Origin: an uncultured Nitrospinota bacterium
GTDB taxonomy: Bacteria; Tectomicrobia; Entotheonellia; J063; CAVPRW01
Length of the DNA stretch: 64,000 nucleotides
Assembly (NCBI GenBank): GCA_963707985.1
Contig: CAVPRW010000013.1
Span: 32,001 to 96,000, forward strand
Direction of reading: 5' to 3'
The position numbers and the translations under genes are program-made. Shown here one piece after another: positions 10,663-23,200 of the stretch. The notes beneath the pieces are model-generated. The model did not search any database. It saw only the letters and a program-made list of their open reading frames with translations, and was not told the origin of the DNA. Every line of letters starts with the position of its first letter. The first letter of the stretch is position 1.

Positions 10663-11888
10663 GTCAATGACCTCCCCCATAGCCCTGTGGTCTAGCCTCG
10701 TTGTCTTAGCACGCACCAGATGCGCAGGTTACCACCTTTCCCTCAATGCCGGTAGCACGTGTTCCTTCTTCCGGGGAGGGTGCTGGAGAAATGCGTGATG
10801 TCTATTTTCCCACAAGATTCTATTTACTGCTCGGCCATTTCTTGTTTGCCCTTGCCTGATCCACAAGTGCGTTATTCCCGAATGGCCAAAGTCGACTTGG
10901 CACGATTCCGCGCAAAGCTGAGGGGGGGTATTCATGCAGTAGAGCCGAAAGTAATGCGCCTGGTGATTTAAAGTGCGCATATGAATCATGGAAAGCTGCT
11001 ATAGAGGGAGAACACCCTTGAATCCATATACCAAAATGCCTCTGCGCAAGCTTGTCGAGAGTAGCTATCAACTCATCTTTGATTACATAAGCGCTTGAAA
11101 TTGTGATTACTTCAAAGGTGTACTGCTCTCGTCACCCCCAGACTACTTTTGTAATTCCCTCACAATCGTGCAGCTGGACCTTGCCTTCTCGTCTCTCAGC
11201 GAGCTGAGGTTCCATCCTGTCGCCTAGTGTTGTGTTTTTATTCCATGGCTCCCGGAGCCGCATGGCGGGCGATCATCATTGGGAATTCTCCGTCCATCAG
11301 CCAATCGGGACAGCTGGGATACATGACACGAAGCCAGACGTTGGTGCGAGTGTCATGGGATGTGGAGGGTTGGTCAACGAGAAACCGTCACGCGGGGGAA
11401 GTGACTGCTTGGCTCTCTCCGGTTCTTCGCACGGCCTGTGGGCCCTATCAGATGTTCTCGGGCTGTGCTCAGGCAGCGTGGGCTCTTAAGCATTTTTGGT
11501 GAGAGGGTGCAGTGGCGGAGGGTCTCGATGTATCATAGATGGTTATGAGCCAAGCACTTCGAACGTTTCTCACGAATCTCCTCCCACCTGCCCGCTCCGT
11601 GCACCTCACCAGTGTGACCGTGGAGCCGGCATGCGTATGCCTCCAGCTGACGACCACGAGGGTTCAGGGTGTGCCATTACTGGCGTGAGAAGTCCTGGGG
11701 GAAGATGCGTAGGAGCTGCATCCTAGCCATCTTAGCGTTTCTGCTCTTGCTTGGAGCACAGTCAGGTGTAGAGGAGATCGTATTAGAAGTAGACGTTTCC
11801 AGCCCACTCGAGGAGACAGACAATGTCCACTGCGAGACAATATCTCCTCCTGCTCAGTGGTAGATGCCTGCCTTCACCAAGGGTCACC

Positions 11889-13316
11889 ATGCGGGCCTTC
11901 TTTGTCGTCTGGCTTTACCTGATCCTTGGAACGCCCCTTGTGGCAAGCACAGGGCAAATCCCAGAAAGCTCTGGTGATCCCGTGGAAATTGTCCGGGAGT
12001 TTTACAATGCCATTGCACGGCGGGACTGTGCCAAGGCACGTGAGCTCAGCCCGAACTATCCACAGGAACGATGCCAGGCCCTCCAGGATATCGAGCTACG
12101 GAAGATTGCCCTGGTGGATGACGATGTGCAGCATCCTCGCGTCCACCTAGAGGTGGCCTATACGATCGAGGATGAGCAAGGACCACACCGGGAAGTCTTC
12201 ATCGGTTATATGGCCCTACGCGTGCAGCAGGACCAGTGGGTGATCGAGAGTGACGCCTACACGAGTGATCGGCGTCCTCGCGTCTCTCCGCCGCAGAGAT
12301 CCCAGATGGTAGTCGCTGATGCCCCGCAACCAGCTCCCGAGCTCTCCCCACAGCCTCTCTCCCGTGGTGACGACTTGAAAATTGGCTCCCAGGCAATCCT
12401 GACACGTTTGTGGACCCTGCAGCAACTGCAACACAATCCAAAGGAAGATCGACCCATTCAGCGTCTGCCCGTCCCCGATCAAATCCCTCCGAAGCGGCTC
12501 GCACCTGTGTGGACGCCCCTGTCACCTCCGTTGGCGGTGCACAGATCCATCCGCCGGGTCCAGGTCGCGTCCGATCGACAGCTCGTTGCCTTGACGTTTG
12601 ATCTCTGTGAACGAGAGGGTGAGGTCACGAGCTACGATGCGCCGATCGTGAATTATCTTCGGACAAAGCATGTCCCTGCGACCTTTTTTGCCGGTGGCAA
12701 GTGGCTGAGGAACCATCCGGAGCGGGCCCAACAGCTGATGGCGGATCCCCTCTTTGAAGTGGGGAACCACAGTTGGACCCATGGCAATCTCCGAGTGGTC
12801 AGGGACCCACAGCGCCTAGATGATCAGATCCTCTGGACGCAGGCGCAGTACGAACTGCTCTGGGACGATCTCGCTGCCAAAGCCCGCAAGGAAGGCTTCG
12901 ATGACGAGGAAATCACGAGAATTCCGCGTATCCCCCTGACCTTCCGATTTCCCTTTGGGACATGTAGCCCTGAGGCGTTAGGGGCTGTTGCGACCGCGGG
13001 ACTTCCCGCTATTCAATGGGATGTGGTGAGTGGCGATCCATCTAGGCATCGGATGGCCTCCCAGATGGTGGAGGCCGTCCTGCGTCAGGTGAAACCCGGC
13101 TCGATTGTCATTTTTCATGCCAATGGCCGTGGATATGGGACAGCTGAGGCGTTGCCTCGTATCATTGTGGCGCTGGGAGAGCGTGGCTTCCAATTCGTCA
13201 CGGTGAGTGCATTGCTCCAATTGGGTACTGCCGTTGCTGCCGACGAATGTTATGAACTGCGCCCTGGTGATAATCGGCGCTATGATAGGTTCATCAGAGA
13301 GGGCTACAGCAAATGA
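11889..13316 (+). CDS. Secreted polysaccharide deacetylase (NodB domain) with N-terminal extension
   Basis: Signal peptide MRAFFVVWLYLILGTPLVA, with VALTFDLCE, PATFF..GKW, GNHSWTH, FRFPFG, IQWDV and GSIVIFHAN motifs. Confidence 0.88.
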   Translation: MRAFFVVWLYLILGTPLVASTGQIPESSGDPVEIVREFYNAIARRDCAKARELSPNYPQERCQALQDIELRKIALVDDDVQHPRVHLEVAYTIEDEQGPHREVFIGYMALRVQQDQWVIESDAYTSDRRPRVSPPQRSQMVVADAPQPAPELSPQPLSRGDDLKIGSQAILTRLWTLQQLQHNPKEDRPIQRLPVPDQIPPKRLAPVWTPLSPPLAVHRSIRRVQVASDRQLVALTFDLCEREGEVTSYDAPIVNYLRTKHVPATFFAGGKWLRNHPERAQQLMADPLFEVGNHSWTHGNLRVVRDPQRLDDQILWTQAQYELLWDDLAAKARKEGFDDEEITRIPRIPLTFRFPFGTCSPEALGAVATAGLPAIQWDVVSGDPSRHRMASQMVEAVLRQVKPGSIVIFHANGRGYGTAEALPRIIVALGERGFQFVTVSALLQLGTAVAADECYELRPGDNRRYDRFIREGYSK

Positions 13317-13812
13317 CAGACACCCCCCCTTGGCTGCACCACGATATCTTCTGGATGCCTGTGAACTTCGAGTCATGCACAACACAGCAGAGGCTCGCTA
13401 CCTGAGCCGCATACTGGCTGGCCTAGACCCCTGGCGCACCTTACGATATACCGCTGACGCCCTGGAGCGCTATTTGCTGCACCCGGATGCAGCCCTCTAT
13501 CGCTATACGGTTGTGTCCCAGGACAAGATGATCGGCGTGGTCTGTGTCCGCTATCCGTGGCTTCGAGGGGCCTACTTGGAGCTCATCGGCCTCGAGGCCG
13601 CCTACCAAGGGTTGGGGGTAGGGGGTGCGCTCCTCCGTTGGCTCGAGGAGCAAGCGCGGCTCGAGTCCGACAATGTGTGGGTCTTAGTCTCAGCCTTCAA
13701 TACGCGAGCCCGCATGTTCTACGCGCGGCATGGCTTCACAGAAATCGGTACCCTCAAAGATTTCGTCCAACCCGGCTACCATGAGATCCTGCTACGAAAG
13801 GTCTTACGATAA
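13313..13812 (+). CDS. GNAT-family N-acetyltransferase (probable 1-nt frameshift in C-run near 13325)
   Basis: YLELIGL..YQGLGVGGALL and FNTRARMFYARHGF motifs. The ATG overlapping the upstream stop (ATGA at 13313) is one base out of frame at a C7 run. Confidence 0.8.
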
Positions 13813-14050
13813 GGCCCTAGACGAACATCTGAGCTATGAGCCGCAAACTATCTGCCAGGCATTGTCGACCAACGCGTTGTAGTCCTATGATTTGCTTAGG
13901 GCAGATACGCCGTAAAGGTGTCGCAGAGGGAATGGCGCGCTGCCATCAGAGCGGTGCGGAGAAGACCTTTCGGGTGGATCGCATTCGGGAATATTGGCTC
14001 GACGAGGAGGGATCGTCTCTCTTGAGCAAGAGACGAGAGGCTTCCGATGC

Positions 14051-14344
14051 TTAATCGCCAAATTTTTCATTCACCACGGCAAAGATGGCGGTCCCGATCG
14101 CAATGACCGCTAAGGTGGCCAGGGAACGATACCATACATCACTTTTGGTAAAATCCCAGATGGCCAGGATACTGACGAACACACTGCCGACGATGCAGAT
14201 GGAAATGGTCATAAATGAGAAGAGCTTGATGGTCCGTGGATTCAGAAATCCCTTGGGTCGATTCTCCCGTGTGGCGATTTCGCTGGGGTGATGCTCTGGC
14301 TCTTGCAGCACGGGTTCGCGATGCTCCTCTTGGTGTTCGGTCAT
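14051..14344 (-). CDS. Hypothetical two-TM membrane protein
   Basis: 97-aa ORF with two hydrophobic helices (ILAIWDF; LATLAVIAIGTAIFAVVN) and an AAGGA RBS. Confidence 0.65.
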   Translation of the reverse strand: MTEHQEEHREPVLQEPEHHPSEIATRENRPKGFLNPRTIKLFSFMTISICIVGSVFVSILAIWDFTKSDVWYRSLATLAVIAIGTAIFAVVNEKFGD

Positions 14345-14904
14345 GTCCTGGCCATCCTTTGCGGGCGGTGACGTGCTGGCGTTGCGTTCGGCTTTCAGTG
14401 CTTCGACGTCACGGTAACGCAGGCAACCGCGAAAGTAAAGCCACGCACCACGGCACGTGCAGCGTCTGATCGTCGTTAGTCCGTGCAGCTAGGGAAGAGA
14501 CCACACGGCGCTGACGGAGGACTGTGCGAGAACACTCGTTGATACCAGGTGGTGAGTATAGGTGGCAACGATGTCTCGGAAAATCTCCCGTTCTTGCTAG
14601 AAGCCGCCCTGTCGGTGGCAGAAGTGTTGGGAGGCGAGGACGCACTGGACGAACATCACCTAAGAGTTCAGACGATCTTCGGGGATGGCGCGATCATTCA
14701 ACGCGTGTGTCGCCTCCAGTAGGCGCGCTCCACCAATGCCTGCTGGCGGGGGGGTTGCATGTCCATAGGGTTGGTTCTCTTGGCCGTGTGGTGATCGGAC
14801 AGACATCACGGAGACAGGATGTCTCGTCTCACACGGCACCCTCATCACCCTCCATGGCTGCCCAGTGGCCGCGCCGTTGGATGCCGCGCGCTTGCCTGGA
14901 GACG

Positions 14905-15190
14905 GACCACCGGGGAGGTCACCAGGTGCTCGTCCCAGAATCGCGGCTGCGTGTCCTCGTGGATATTCACCGGCTCGCCGTCACCGATCCATACGAAGAT
15001 GACCTGATGCTGTTCGAACGTGAGGTAGGATTTCAGGCCCACCTTGCCGATCAGGGCGCTGTTCGCCTCGCTGAGGATCTCGACCAGCTTGCCATCGCGC
15101 CAGTCGTAGGTGAAGCCGTGAAACCAGCAGGTAAGGGTGTGCTCGGTGTAACATTCGGGGCGCACGGAGAAAGGGACACCGCAATCCGCG
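14905..15190 (-). pseudogene. Rieske-type aromatic ring oxygenase fragment
   Basis: GVPFS..PECY..TLTCWFHGFTYDWRDGKLV...VIFVWIGD covers the second Rieske ligand motif only; both ends are missing. Confidence 0.7.
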
Positions 15191-15214
15191 TGTACCAATG
15201 TTGGGTGGTTCGAT

Positions 15215-17293
15215 TTAGATGGCGGTCAAAAGCGCCGCGCGCTGCTTTGCCCGGGTTAAGGCCACGTAGATGAGTTGCGGGGCTACCTCTCTTCTGTCCC
15301 CCTTCCCGACCGTCGTCCTCGTCACGATGACGTTCTGGAACTCCAACCCTTTCGCCCGGTGCATCGTGGCGAAGAGCAGACAGTTGTCCTCGGCTTTGAC
15401 GCGTGTGTCCGCTTCGATCGACTCGACCTTATACCCGGCTGAGCGCAGGGCAGACATCAGCTGATCGCGCGCGGCCCTCGACTCCGCCATGATACACGTC
15501 GCACCCAGATCCGCCGCATCTGGCACTACCCCCCAGTCAGCCAGAATGGCCTTGACCCGTGTGACCAGGTCTTCCCGGAAAGCACACGACTCCATGATGG
15601 GTGCCGGGCCATGGGAGAGCGATTTGTAGCGCGAATTGTCGTCCGCCCCGTCGTTGAGGTCATCTACCTCTAGGCCCTCCAACAGGGCCACGGCTTGACG
15701 ACGAATCTCGTCGGTGGTGCGGTAGTTGATATACAGCTTGCGGCCCCGGCCACGTATGTCGATACCGCTGCGACCCATCCCCGCCTTATTGCGGTCGTAG
15801 ATGCGCTGGTGCCCATCACCGACGAAGAACAGGTCATTCTTGCCCGGCTCGATCAAGGCCCGGAGCAGACGCAACGCCTGGGGGCCGAAGTCCTGGGTTT
15901 CATCGACGACAATGGCTGAGTACGGATAATGCCTGTCCTTGGCGATGAGCTGCGCCGCATCGCGGTAGGCATCATCGACCTCCTTCAGACGACGGCTCGC
16001 CAGCTGGGCCCGGTACTCTTCGAATACCGGCCAGACCGCATCGCGCTTCGCCCGGGTCAGCATCACGCCCCGCCCCACCCGCCGCGCCGCGCGGTAGGCG
16101 TCAAGCGTTGCCACGCCCTGGGCGAGTACCACCTGCTCCAGTTCGGCGGCATAAAACTCGTCGTCGAGCCCGAGGGATGCGTCCTTGACCGCCAGCGCCA
16201 GGCTCCAGCACTCGGCCGCTTCGTTCTGCCGCCCATAGACAATGGTCTGTTCATAGCGCTTGCTGCGCAGGAAGCGTAGCACCCAGGCATCCAGGTTGCG
16301 CACTTCGATACGGCTCATGACGTCCCGCGCGCACAGCGTGTTGAGGTTCGTTTCGATATCGATGGCAAGGTTGCGGGTGAAGGTGGTGACCAGCACTTTC
16401 TTATCAGGAGGGGTCGCATGTTCTGCCAGCCATTTCGCCCGGTGCATGGCCAGGACCGTCTTGCCGGTGCCAGCACCGCCGAGCACACGGACTGGCCCCG
16501 AGCGCTCACCGATCGCCAGTTTCTTCTGGATGGGGTGCAGGAACACCCGCCACTGGGCCAATGGCGCGTTCATGATGGCGGTCAAGGCCTCGTCGTTGTC
16601 CACCACGACGAAGCGGGACTGCGATTCGGCGGTTTCGACGGAGCTGGCAAAGTCCTCGGTGTCGATCGGGCGATCCACCTGGGTTTCGCGTGCGGATAAC
16701 ACCTGGCTCACGGTGTCCCCGGCCGCCACCAGGAAGAGTCCTTCATAGGCCTCGATAGGCAACGCCTGTTGCAGGGCATCGAGTTCCGCTTCAGAGGTGA
16801 TCTGTCGCACCCGGGCTAGCAGGTCTGCGGGCGTGCCGAGGCTCAGAAGGTCGGTGTCGGACAGGCCGCCGAACAATGGTTGACGCTCGACCGTGTCGCT
16901 GAGCGCCGGCCGCGTCGCAGTCGCTGCTGGCTGTGGCGGCGCTTGGACCTCCTCCAGCAGCACCACCTGCATGGCGCCGGTGACCGGGTTGATGGCCAGC
17001 TTGCGTTGCGCGGCCCAACGATAGGCCTGATCGTGGTGATCCACGTACAACAAAATATAGAGATCACTGCGGGGCGGCACGAAGACGATACCCCGCCAGT
17101 CTCCATCGATACGAACAGACTTCAAGTTCGCATCCCTGGCAGCTCGGATCGTTTCGTAGTTGAAGCCGCTGGCGGTGGGATCGGTCTGGAAGCGGATGGC
17201 CCATTTCAGTACCTTCCCCTGCACCGCGGCTGGGAGCCTGGCCAGGTTCAGTAAAAAATCTTGGGAGAGGGCGACTTTTGGCTTGAGGCTCAT
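15215..17293 (-). CDS. UvrD/Rep-like SF1 helicase with RelE-like N-terminal domain (last gene of defence operon)
   Basis: GGAGTGKT Walker A, IVVDETQD, VGDGHQRIY, NYRTT, TMHRAKGLEF and YVALTRAK. The ATG at 17293 overlaps the upstream stop (ATGA). Confidence 0.92.
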   Translation of the reverse strand: MSLKPKVALSQDFLLNLARLPAAVQGKVLKWAIRFQTDPTASGFNYETIRAARDANLKSVRIDGDWRGIVFVPPRSDLYILLYVDHHDQAYRWAAQRKLAINPVTGAMQVVLLEEVQAPPQPAATATRPALSDTVERQPLFGGLSDTDLLSLGTPADLLARVRQITSEAELDALQQALPIEAYEGLFLVAAGDTVSQVLSARETQVDRPIDTEDFASSVETAESQSRFVVVDNDEALTAIMNAPLAQWRVFLHPIQKKLAIGERSGPVRVLGGAGTGKTVLAMHRAKWLAEHATPPDKKVLVTTFTRNLAIDIETNLNTLCARDVMSRIEVRNLDAWVLRFLRSKRYEQTIVYGRQNEAAECWSLALAVKDASLGLDDEFYAAELEQVVLAQGVATLDAYRAARRVGRGVMLTRAKRDAVWPVFEEYRAQLASRRLKEVDDAYRDAAQLIAKDRHYPYSAIVVDETQDFGPQALRLLRALIEPGKNDLFFVGDGHQRIYDRNKAGMGRSGIDIRGRGRKLYINYRTTDEIRRQAVALLEGLEVDDLNDGADDNSRYKSLSHGPAPIMESCAFREDLVTRVKAILADWGVVPDAADLGATCIMAESRAARDQLMSALRSAGYKVESIEADTRVKAEDNCLLFATMHRAKGLEFQNVIVTRTTVGKGDRREVAPQLIYVALTRAKQRAALLTAI

Positions 17294-20200
17294 CGGTGTG
17301 CTCCCGCCGTATCGAGCTTCTGTTGCACGGCGACTTCCCAGCCCTCCTGGACCAGCACCGTGGTCCAACCCTGCGCCTGCCAGATGGACGCGGACTCCAC
17401 CTGTGCCTCGGTCAGCACGACCACCTGGGCGGCCAGCCAGGCGGCCTCGGCTTCGGCATCGACCTCACCACGATCGTCGGCGTGCTCATATCCCACCTCG
17501 TCGGGTGGCGGTACATCGGCCTCCATGAGCGTTTGCATGCCAGCTTTGACCTCCGGCAGCACCCCGTTGAGCACGGTGGCCCAGGCCTGCGACGTCGCGT
17601 CGGTGAGATGCGTCCCCGCCGCGCGCGTCACTGCCAGCGTGATGTTCTCATAGTCGTCGTGTTGCAAGCCCTCCGTCGTGGCCAGCAGCACACCCGTCAG
17701 GGTCTGGAAGGTGTTGTACAGATGCAACCAGCGCCGCCAGCGAGTGTGCCGGGTGGCCTCGTCGGCAGGCTCCTCATCGTTGAGGACAAGGACGCCAGGG
17801 GCCTGCAGGCTCGGGTGCTGTGCCCGTGTACGAAGGCCGCTGGCCAACGGCAATACATGGCCGGCTCTGTACCATCCCGGCTGCACGAGATGGCATGGGG
17901 TTCCGAGACTTCCTGCGCCCAGCCTGGCAGCCGCTGCCACACGTCGCGCAGCCTAGTCTCTGCTCGGGCCGCGTCCGGTGAGCCCGGAGGCGCCACCATC
18001 AAGAAGGTGGCCCAGATGGCGTTCTTACGTGGCTGATCCATGGCCGGGTCCGCAGCATCGGCATCTGGCTTGCTCAACAGCGTCAACAACTGGGCCACGG
18101 CGTGGCGAGCGTAGGCCTGCGGCTCGGCCCTGGGGAGAGACGGCGGGGCCCACTCGCCAGCGTGATAGTTCATCGAGGTGAGCGGAGATTCCAGATCGGT
18201 GCTGAGCTCGCCGTCCAGGGCCGCCTTGACGTCGTCGCTGGTCACCGACCACACCCAGAAGCGCCCGCTGGCGACCAGGGCGCTACGCTTCTGCGCGTCC
18301 TCGCGTACCGATATCTCTGTGGTACGTCCAGCCGTCGCAGAACACCGCCATGGGACGACGGGATGACGACACCTTGCCCGGCCAGATGACGAAATCCGGC
18401 TTGCAGGCCACGCTGACGCCATCCGTGTCAGTCAGTTCGACCTGCGGCTCGATCCAGTAGCGCTGGCTGGCTACTTCCAGCAGGTATCCGGACTTGCCGT
18501 TGACGATGTCCTGCACCAGCTTGACCGTGGGCAGGCCCTCGCATCCGCTCAGGTGCCGCAGCGCCTCGATAAAGCGGGCCTCCAGCGCCGAATCGAAGTT
18601 GGGATTGATGAAGATGTCCGAAATCGTCGGCACCCGTTCTAACTGGTCTGTGGCGCTGACCAGCTCCGTGAGCACCTCTCGAGCCCGGTCGCGGGAGACC
18701 TGCTCCATGGCGCGCCCCTGCCGGTACTGGTACACACAGCGGTAGCAGCCGTCTTTCTCCGGGTCGAGGTTGCACGGGCAGCGCGTGATCGCCTCCAGAG
18801 CCTGCTTGAACACGTCGACCAGGGTCGTGGCGTCTTGGGCCAGCAGCTGGTGCAAATAGCCGGTGCCGCCGGGGACGGAGTCGTACAGCAGCACATAGGC
18901 GCGGCGTGGCCCGCCATCCCGGCCTGGCTCCTCCTGCGTGCCGATGCGCAGATGGTCCACCTTGCCGCCAAAGCGCTGCTTCAGGCCCAGTTGCAGCGCG
19001 GCGATGAAGGACTGCACGACTTCTTCATCGACCCCATGGGTGGTGTAGGGCACCAGGATGCGCAATGCCTCGGAGGAGAACTCCCGGTACAGATAGAGGC
19101 AGTCGACGATGCTCGCGGCATCGTGCGCATCGCGTTTGTCGCAGTCAAAGGCGTGCGCCTGCTCGGGCTCGCCGTCATCGGAGTGCCGAGGGGCCCCCTG
19201 CACCTTGCCGCAGTGCCGGCAGAGCCTGAACCCAGGGCGCGGGCTTTCCCGGTTGGCGACTTTGAAGTCCACCCCGGGCTTCCCCAGCTCACCAAAATTC
19301 ACGTCACGGAAGGTCGCCTTGGCGATGAACTCAAAGCCAAACGGCAGATCCCTGGCCTTGAGCTGCCAGGCCTCCCGCACATCCGCGGCCTCGAAATCGA
19401 CCAGCAGCTGGCGCAGGTAGAAGCGTGGCTCGCGGTCCTCGGCACTGTCGTCGATGCGCACCCTGGTGTCATCGCTATTGGCGATCGCCTGCCGGAAGCG
19501 CAGCAACTCACGGCGCTGCGCCTGATCGGCCCACATCGGGTCACCACAGCGTGGGCAGGCGACATGCGCATCGGGCTGCAGCATGAGGTTCTGCATGTGG
19601 TGGCACGACGGGCACAGGCGCCAGGTCTCGAGGCTCGCCAGCGCCATGTTGATCTGATCGATCTCGACCCGGCGCTGGTTGGCGTAGAAGCGGTTTTCGG
19701 GGGCAAACTCCGACAGCGCTGAGGCGGCCGGCCGTTCGTATTTGAACGCCGGCAGCGCAATGTAGCGGCCCTCCCCACGGTCTTCAGCGGTACGCCGTCG
19801 CCAGAGCACGGATTTGAGCTCGATACCGGCCTCCGGGAAGGCGTAGTTGGGGATCAGTCCACCGTTATCGGTGAGCGTGCGCAGCAGCTCGCGCCGGTTG
19901 AGCTCGCTGATCAGCGTCAGGGCGCTCTGGCGCTCCCGCTGCAGGCTGTCGATCTCGTGCTGCGTGGCTTCGTCTTGCGGCCTGGCTTTCAGGGTGTCGA
20001 TCTGTTTCTTGAGTTGCAGGGCGCGCTTCCGGTACGCCTCCCGTTCTTTCAACAGTTCTTCGAGGACCTTGGAGAGCCGTACCCGCAGGCTGTCGACCTC
20101 GTCGGTGCCGCGCATGAAGTCGCGTAACCGCTGCTGCGTCTGGGCGTCGAGATCCGCGCCCAGCAGGTCGAGAAAAGCCTGGAGCAACTCCGGCTCGTGG

Positions 20201-23200
20201 GTCAGTACATGGTCGAGAAAGGTGAACGGAAAGCGGCTCGTGTCTCTTCGCGCCAGGGCGTCCAGGGCTCTGGAGGTCTCATCGGGCAGGGCGGTGACGG
20301 GGACGCCGCTGCCGACCCAGTCATCCAGGCAGAAGGCGAACAACTGGCGGCGCAGCACCTCGGCGGCGCGCAGAAACACGCCAGGCGGGGTCACCTCACC
20401 GGCCAGCATCTCCTGGGGTTGCTCGAAGAAGTACAGATCGTGCGGGCTGTTGCCATCGGCCAGCGTGGTGATCATGGCGTTGCCATCGCGGCGGCCGGCC
20501 CGGCCGACACGCTGCAGGAAGCTGGCCTGGTTGGGGGGCACGGCACAGAGTAGCACTGACGACAGGTCACCGATGTCCACGCCCATCTCCAGGGTCGGGG
20601 TGGCCGACAGCAGATTTTCGTACCACGGTTGCGGCGGCTCTGGCCTTGAAGCGCTGCTCCAGCGCTTCGCGCTCCTCGCGCTCCAGCAGGCCGGTGTGCT
20701 CCGCGGCAATGACGCGGCGCAGGTCGCCCTGGCTGAACCGGTCGGCCCACCATTCCGGCGCCTCGACCACCTCCCCGTAGTGCTCCTGTGGTGCGTCGAG
20801 GCAGGGCATGCCGATGAGGCGCTCTGCCACCTCGGCGGGGACGGTGAGCCGGCGACGCCCGGCGGTGGATTGCAGGCTGCGGGTGTGGGTGTGCAGGTCC
20901 AGGGCTTCGGGCGCCAGGGCGATCGAGTCGCCGTGACGGCTCGCGGTGCGTACGCACAGGCCCACCGCTTCCGCCACCTCGATGGCGGCGTGGTACAGCG
21001 GCTCGCAGATATGGCTCGGCAACAGTACGTCGCGTCCGAGCACCGTCTCCAGCCAGCGTTCCCACCAGGTGGTGCCGCGGGAACTGGTGAGGCGGTCGAA
21101 GTCCGCGTGCTGCCCCAGAGACAAAAACACCGGGCGCGGTGTGCGATCACTCATGCCAGGCATCCATTCACCCCGGCCCGCCGTGTTCACCAGCGTCCAG
21201 ATCGTGCCCTCGCGCGCCAGGGTGGAGAGCTCGGGGTGTAGCACGCCGCCGCGCCGTCGCAGGTGCGTCAGCCAGCCCCACAGCCACTGGAACACGGTGG
21301 CCTCAGACAGTCCCCACAGCCCGAACGACTCGTGCAGCCGCGGCGTGAGCTGCTGGGCCGCCTGCTCGACCAGCGCCGTGCGCGGTGCCAGGGCCGCTTT
21401 GCCGATGCGCTCCAGATTGCGCCCGCGGTGGCTCAGGTAGGTGAACTCGGCCACCGCCTGCCAGGCCAGCCGCTTTTGTACGCGCTCTGGCAGCAGGCTG
21501 GAAGCCGGCAGGGCGCCGTGCACCAGCAGTTCCTGGGCCCAGTCCCGCTGCCAGGTCATGTTCGGCGCGATGAACTCGGCCACAAAGCGCTCGCGGTCCA
21601 TATACAGCGGTGATCCAGGCTGGCGCCAAAGCTGCTCGAAGCGCTGCAGAAACAGTCCCAACGCAGCGACGGTGCGGCAGTGCAGTATCGAACGACCTTC
21701 GCGGAGACGGCGCAGCCGCTCCCTCTCCCTGTGGGAGAGGGTTGGGGTGAGGGGAGAGAGTGCTCTCTACCAGATAATCGATAGCCTGCGCCATGGCCAT
21801 GCGCACCGTGTTGATGTATGTCCGCGCACCGAAGAAGCCCGCACGGTGCGCGGCATCCTGCACCGAGTCGGAGAAGGCGATCAGTTTCTTGTCGTCATTG
21901 AAAGGGCTGGCCCAGCTCTCCGCCACGACCTGGGCGCCCAGGGTGGCATTGCGGGCCCCCAGCAGGACCTGCCGGTCGCGCTGGCCACAGGCCGGGCAGG
22001 TGCTGTCGTGCCACGTCATGGTGACGTTGCCTCGGGTGCGGCTGCGCGTGCCGGTGGTACGAAAGACCGCCACCAGCTCGTCATGGCCGCAGGCCTGGCA
22101 GCCTCCCGGGTTGTGCTGCAGATTGCCACAGGCGCAGCACACGTGCTGTGGTACCCCTTCGACGTACGGCAGGGGCCAATCTTCCCCGGCATACAGGCGC
22201 ACGGCCTCACTGCGCCCGCTGAACCAGGTGTTGTAGATCTCGTCCAGGCGGTTGGACAGCTTGCGGCTGGCCGGCGCCAGGCGCGACAGCCAGCCGGTGG
22301 TATGGCACTCGCTGCATTGAATCAGGGGCAGATACAAACCATCGGGCCTGGCCTTGAGGTCTTTGTCGGCGCGCAGCTCCACCTGGTCTGCGTTGGAGGT
22401 CACCTTGCCCACCATGCGGCGCAACTCACGCATCCACACCTGCAGCCGCAACGTCACCAGCGGCCCCTGCCCGCCTGGGGCCAGAGCCCAGGCCACCAGC
22501 GCCAGCAGGGCATCGAGCACCAGCCGGATGTGCGCGCCGCGCCGACTCCGGCAGCGGCCCCTGCATCTGCTGTTGCAGCTCCGGCAGGCTGATCACCCGG
22601 CCCTTGAGCAGCCTGATCAGATTGGCAAACAGTAGGTGTCGCTTGAGCATGGCTCCGAGGGTGATGCGGAACGCTCGATCGCTGACATCAGCGGGCACCG
22701 GCACCTCGGGGAAGAACACCGGCACCCAGGCCGCCAGGGCCGCTTCCGGGCTGGTGTACTGCGCCGGGTCCAGCACCGTGCCCAGGTCAGCGCGGGGTTG
22801 TAGCACGTGCTCGATGGGGGCATCACCCAGGAATTCGGCGGCGCTCAGTCGGCTCTCGGTGATCACCGCGGACTCGTCGAAGGGCACCCCAAACACCTGC
22901 CGGGCATACTCGCGCAGGGGCGCGGTATCGACCGTATCCCCCAGTGTGGCGGAGGTGCCGGTGCAGATCAGGTGGCCTGCAGGGGTGTGTAAGCGCGCCC
23001 GCAAGCGGCGCAGCAGCAGGGCGAGGTCCGTGCCCTGGGCGCCGTCAAAGGTGTGCAGTTCGTCGACCACCACGTAGCGCAGGGTGGTCGGGCCGTTGTG
23101 CTCCCACAATTGCCGGTCCCTGGGGCGGATGAGCAGGTAGTCGAGCATTTTATAATTGGTCAGCAGGATGTCGGGCGGATGCCGGCGCATGGTGTCGCGG

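Noticed and set aside
14360..14482. Inverted repeat ACGTGC...GCACGT ending near GTTAGTC, attC-like
   Set aside because: No RYYYAAC inverse core, and orientation does not fit the neighbouring ORF.
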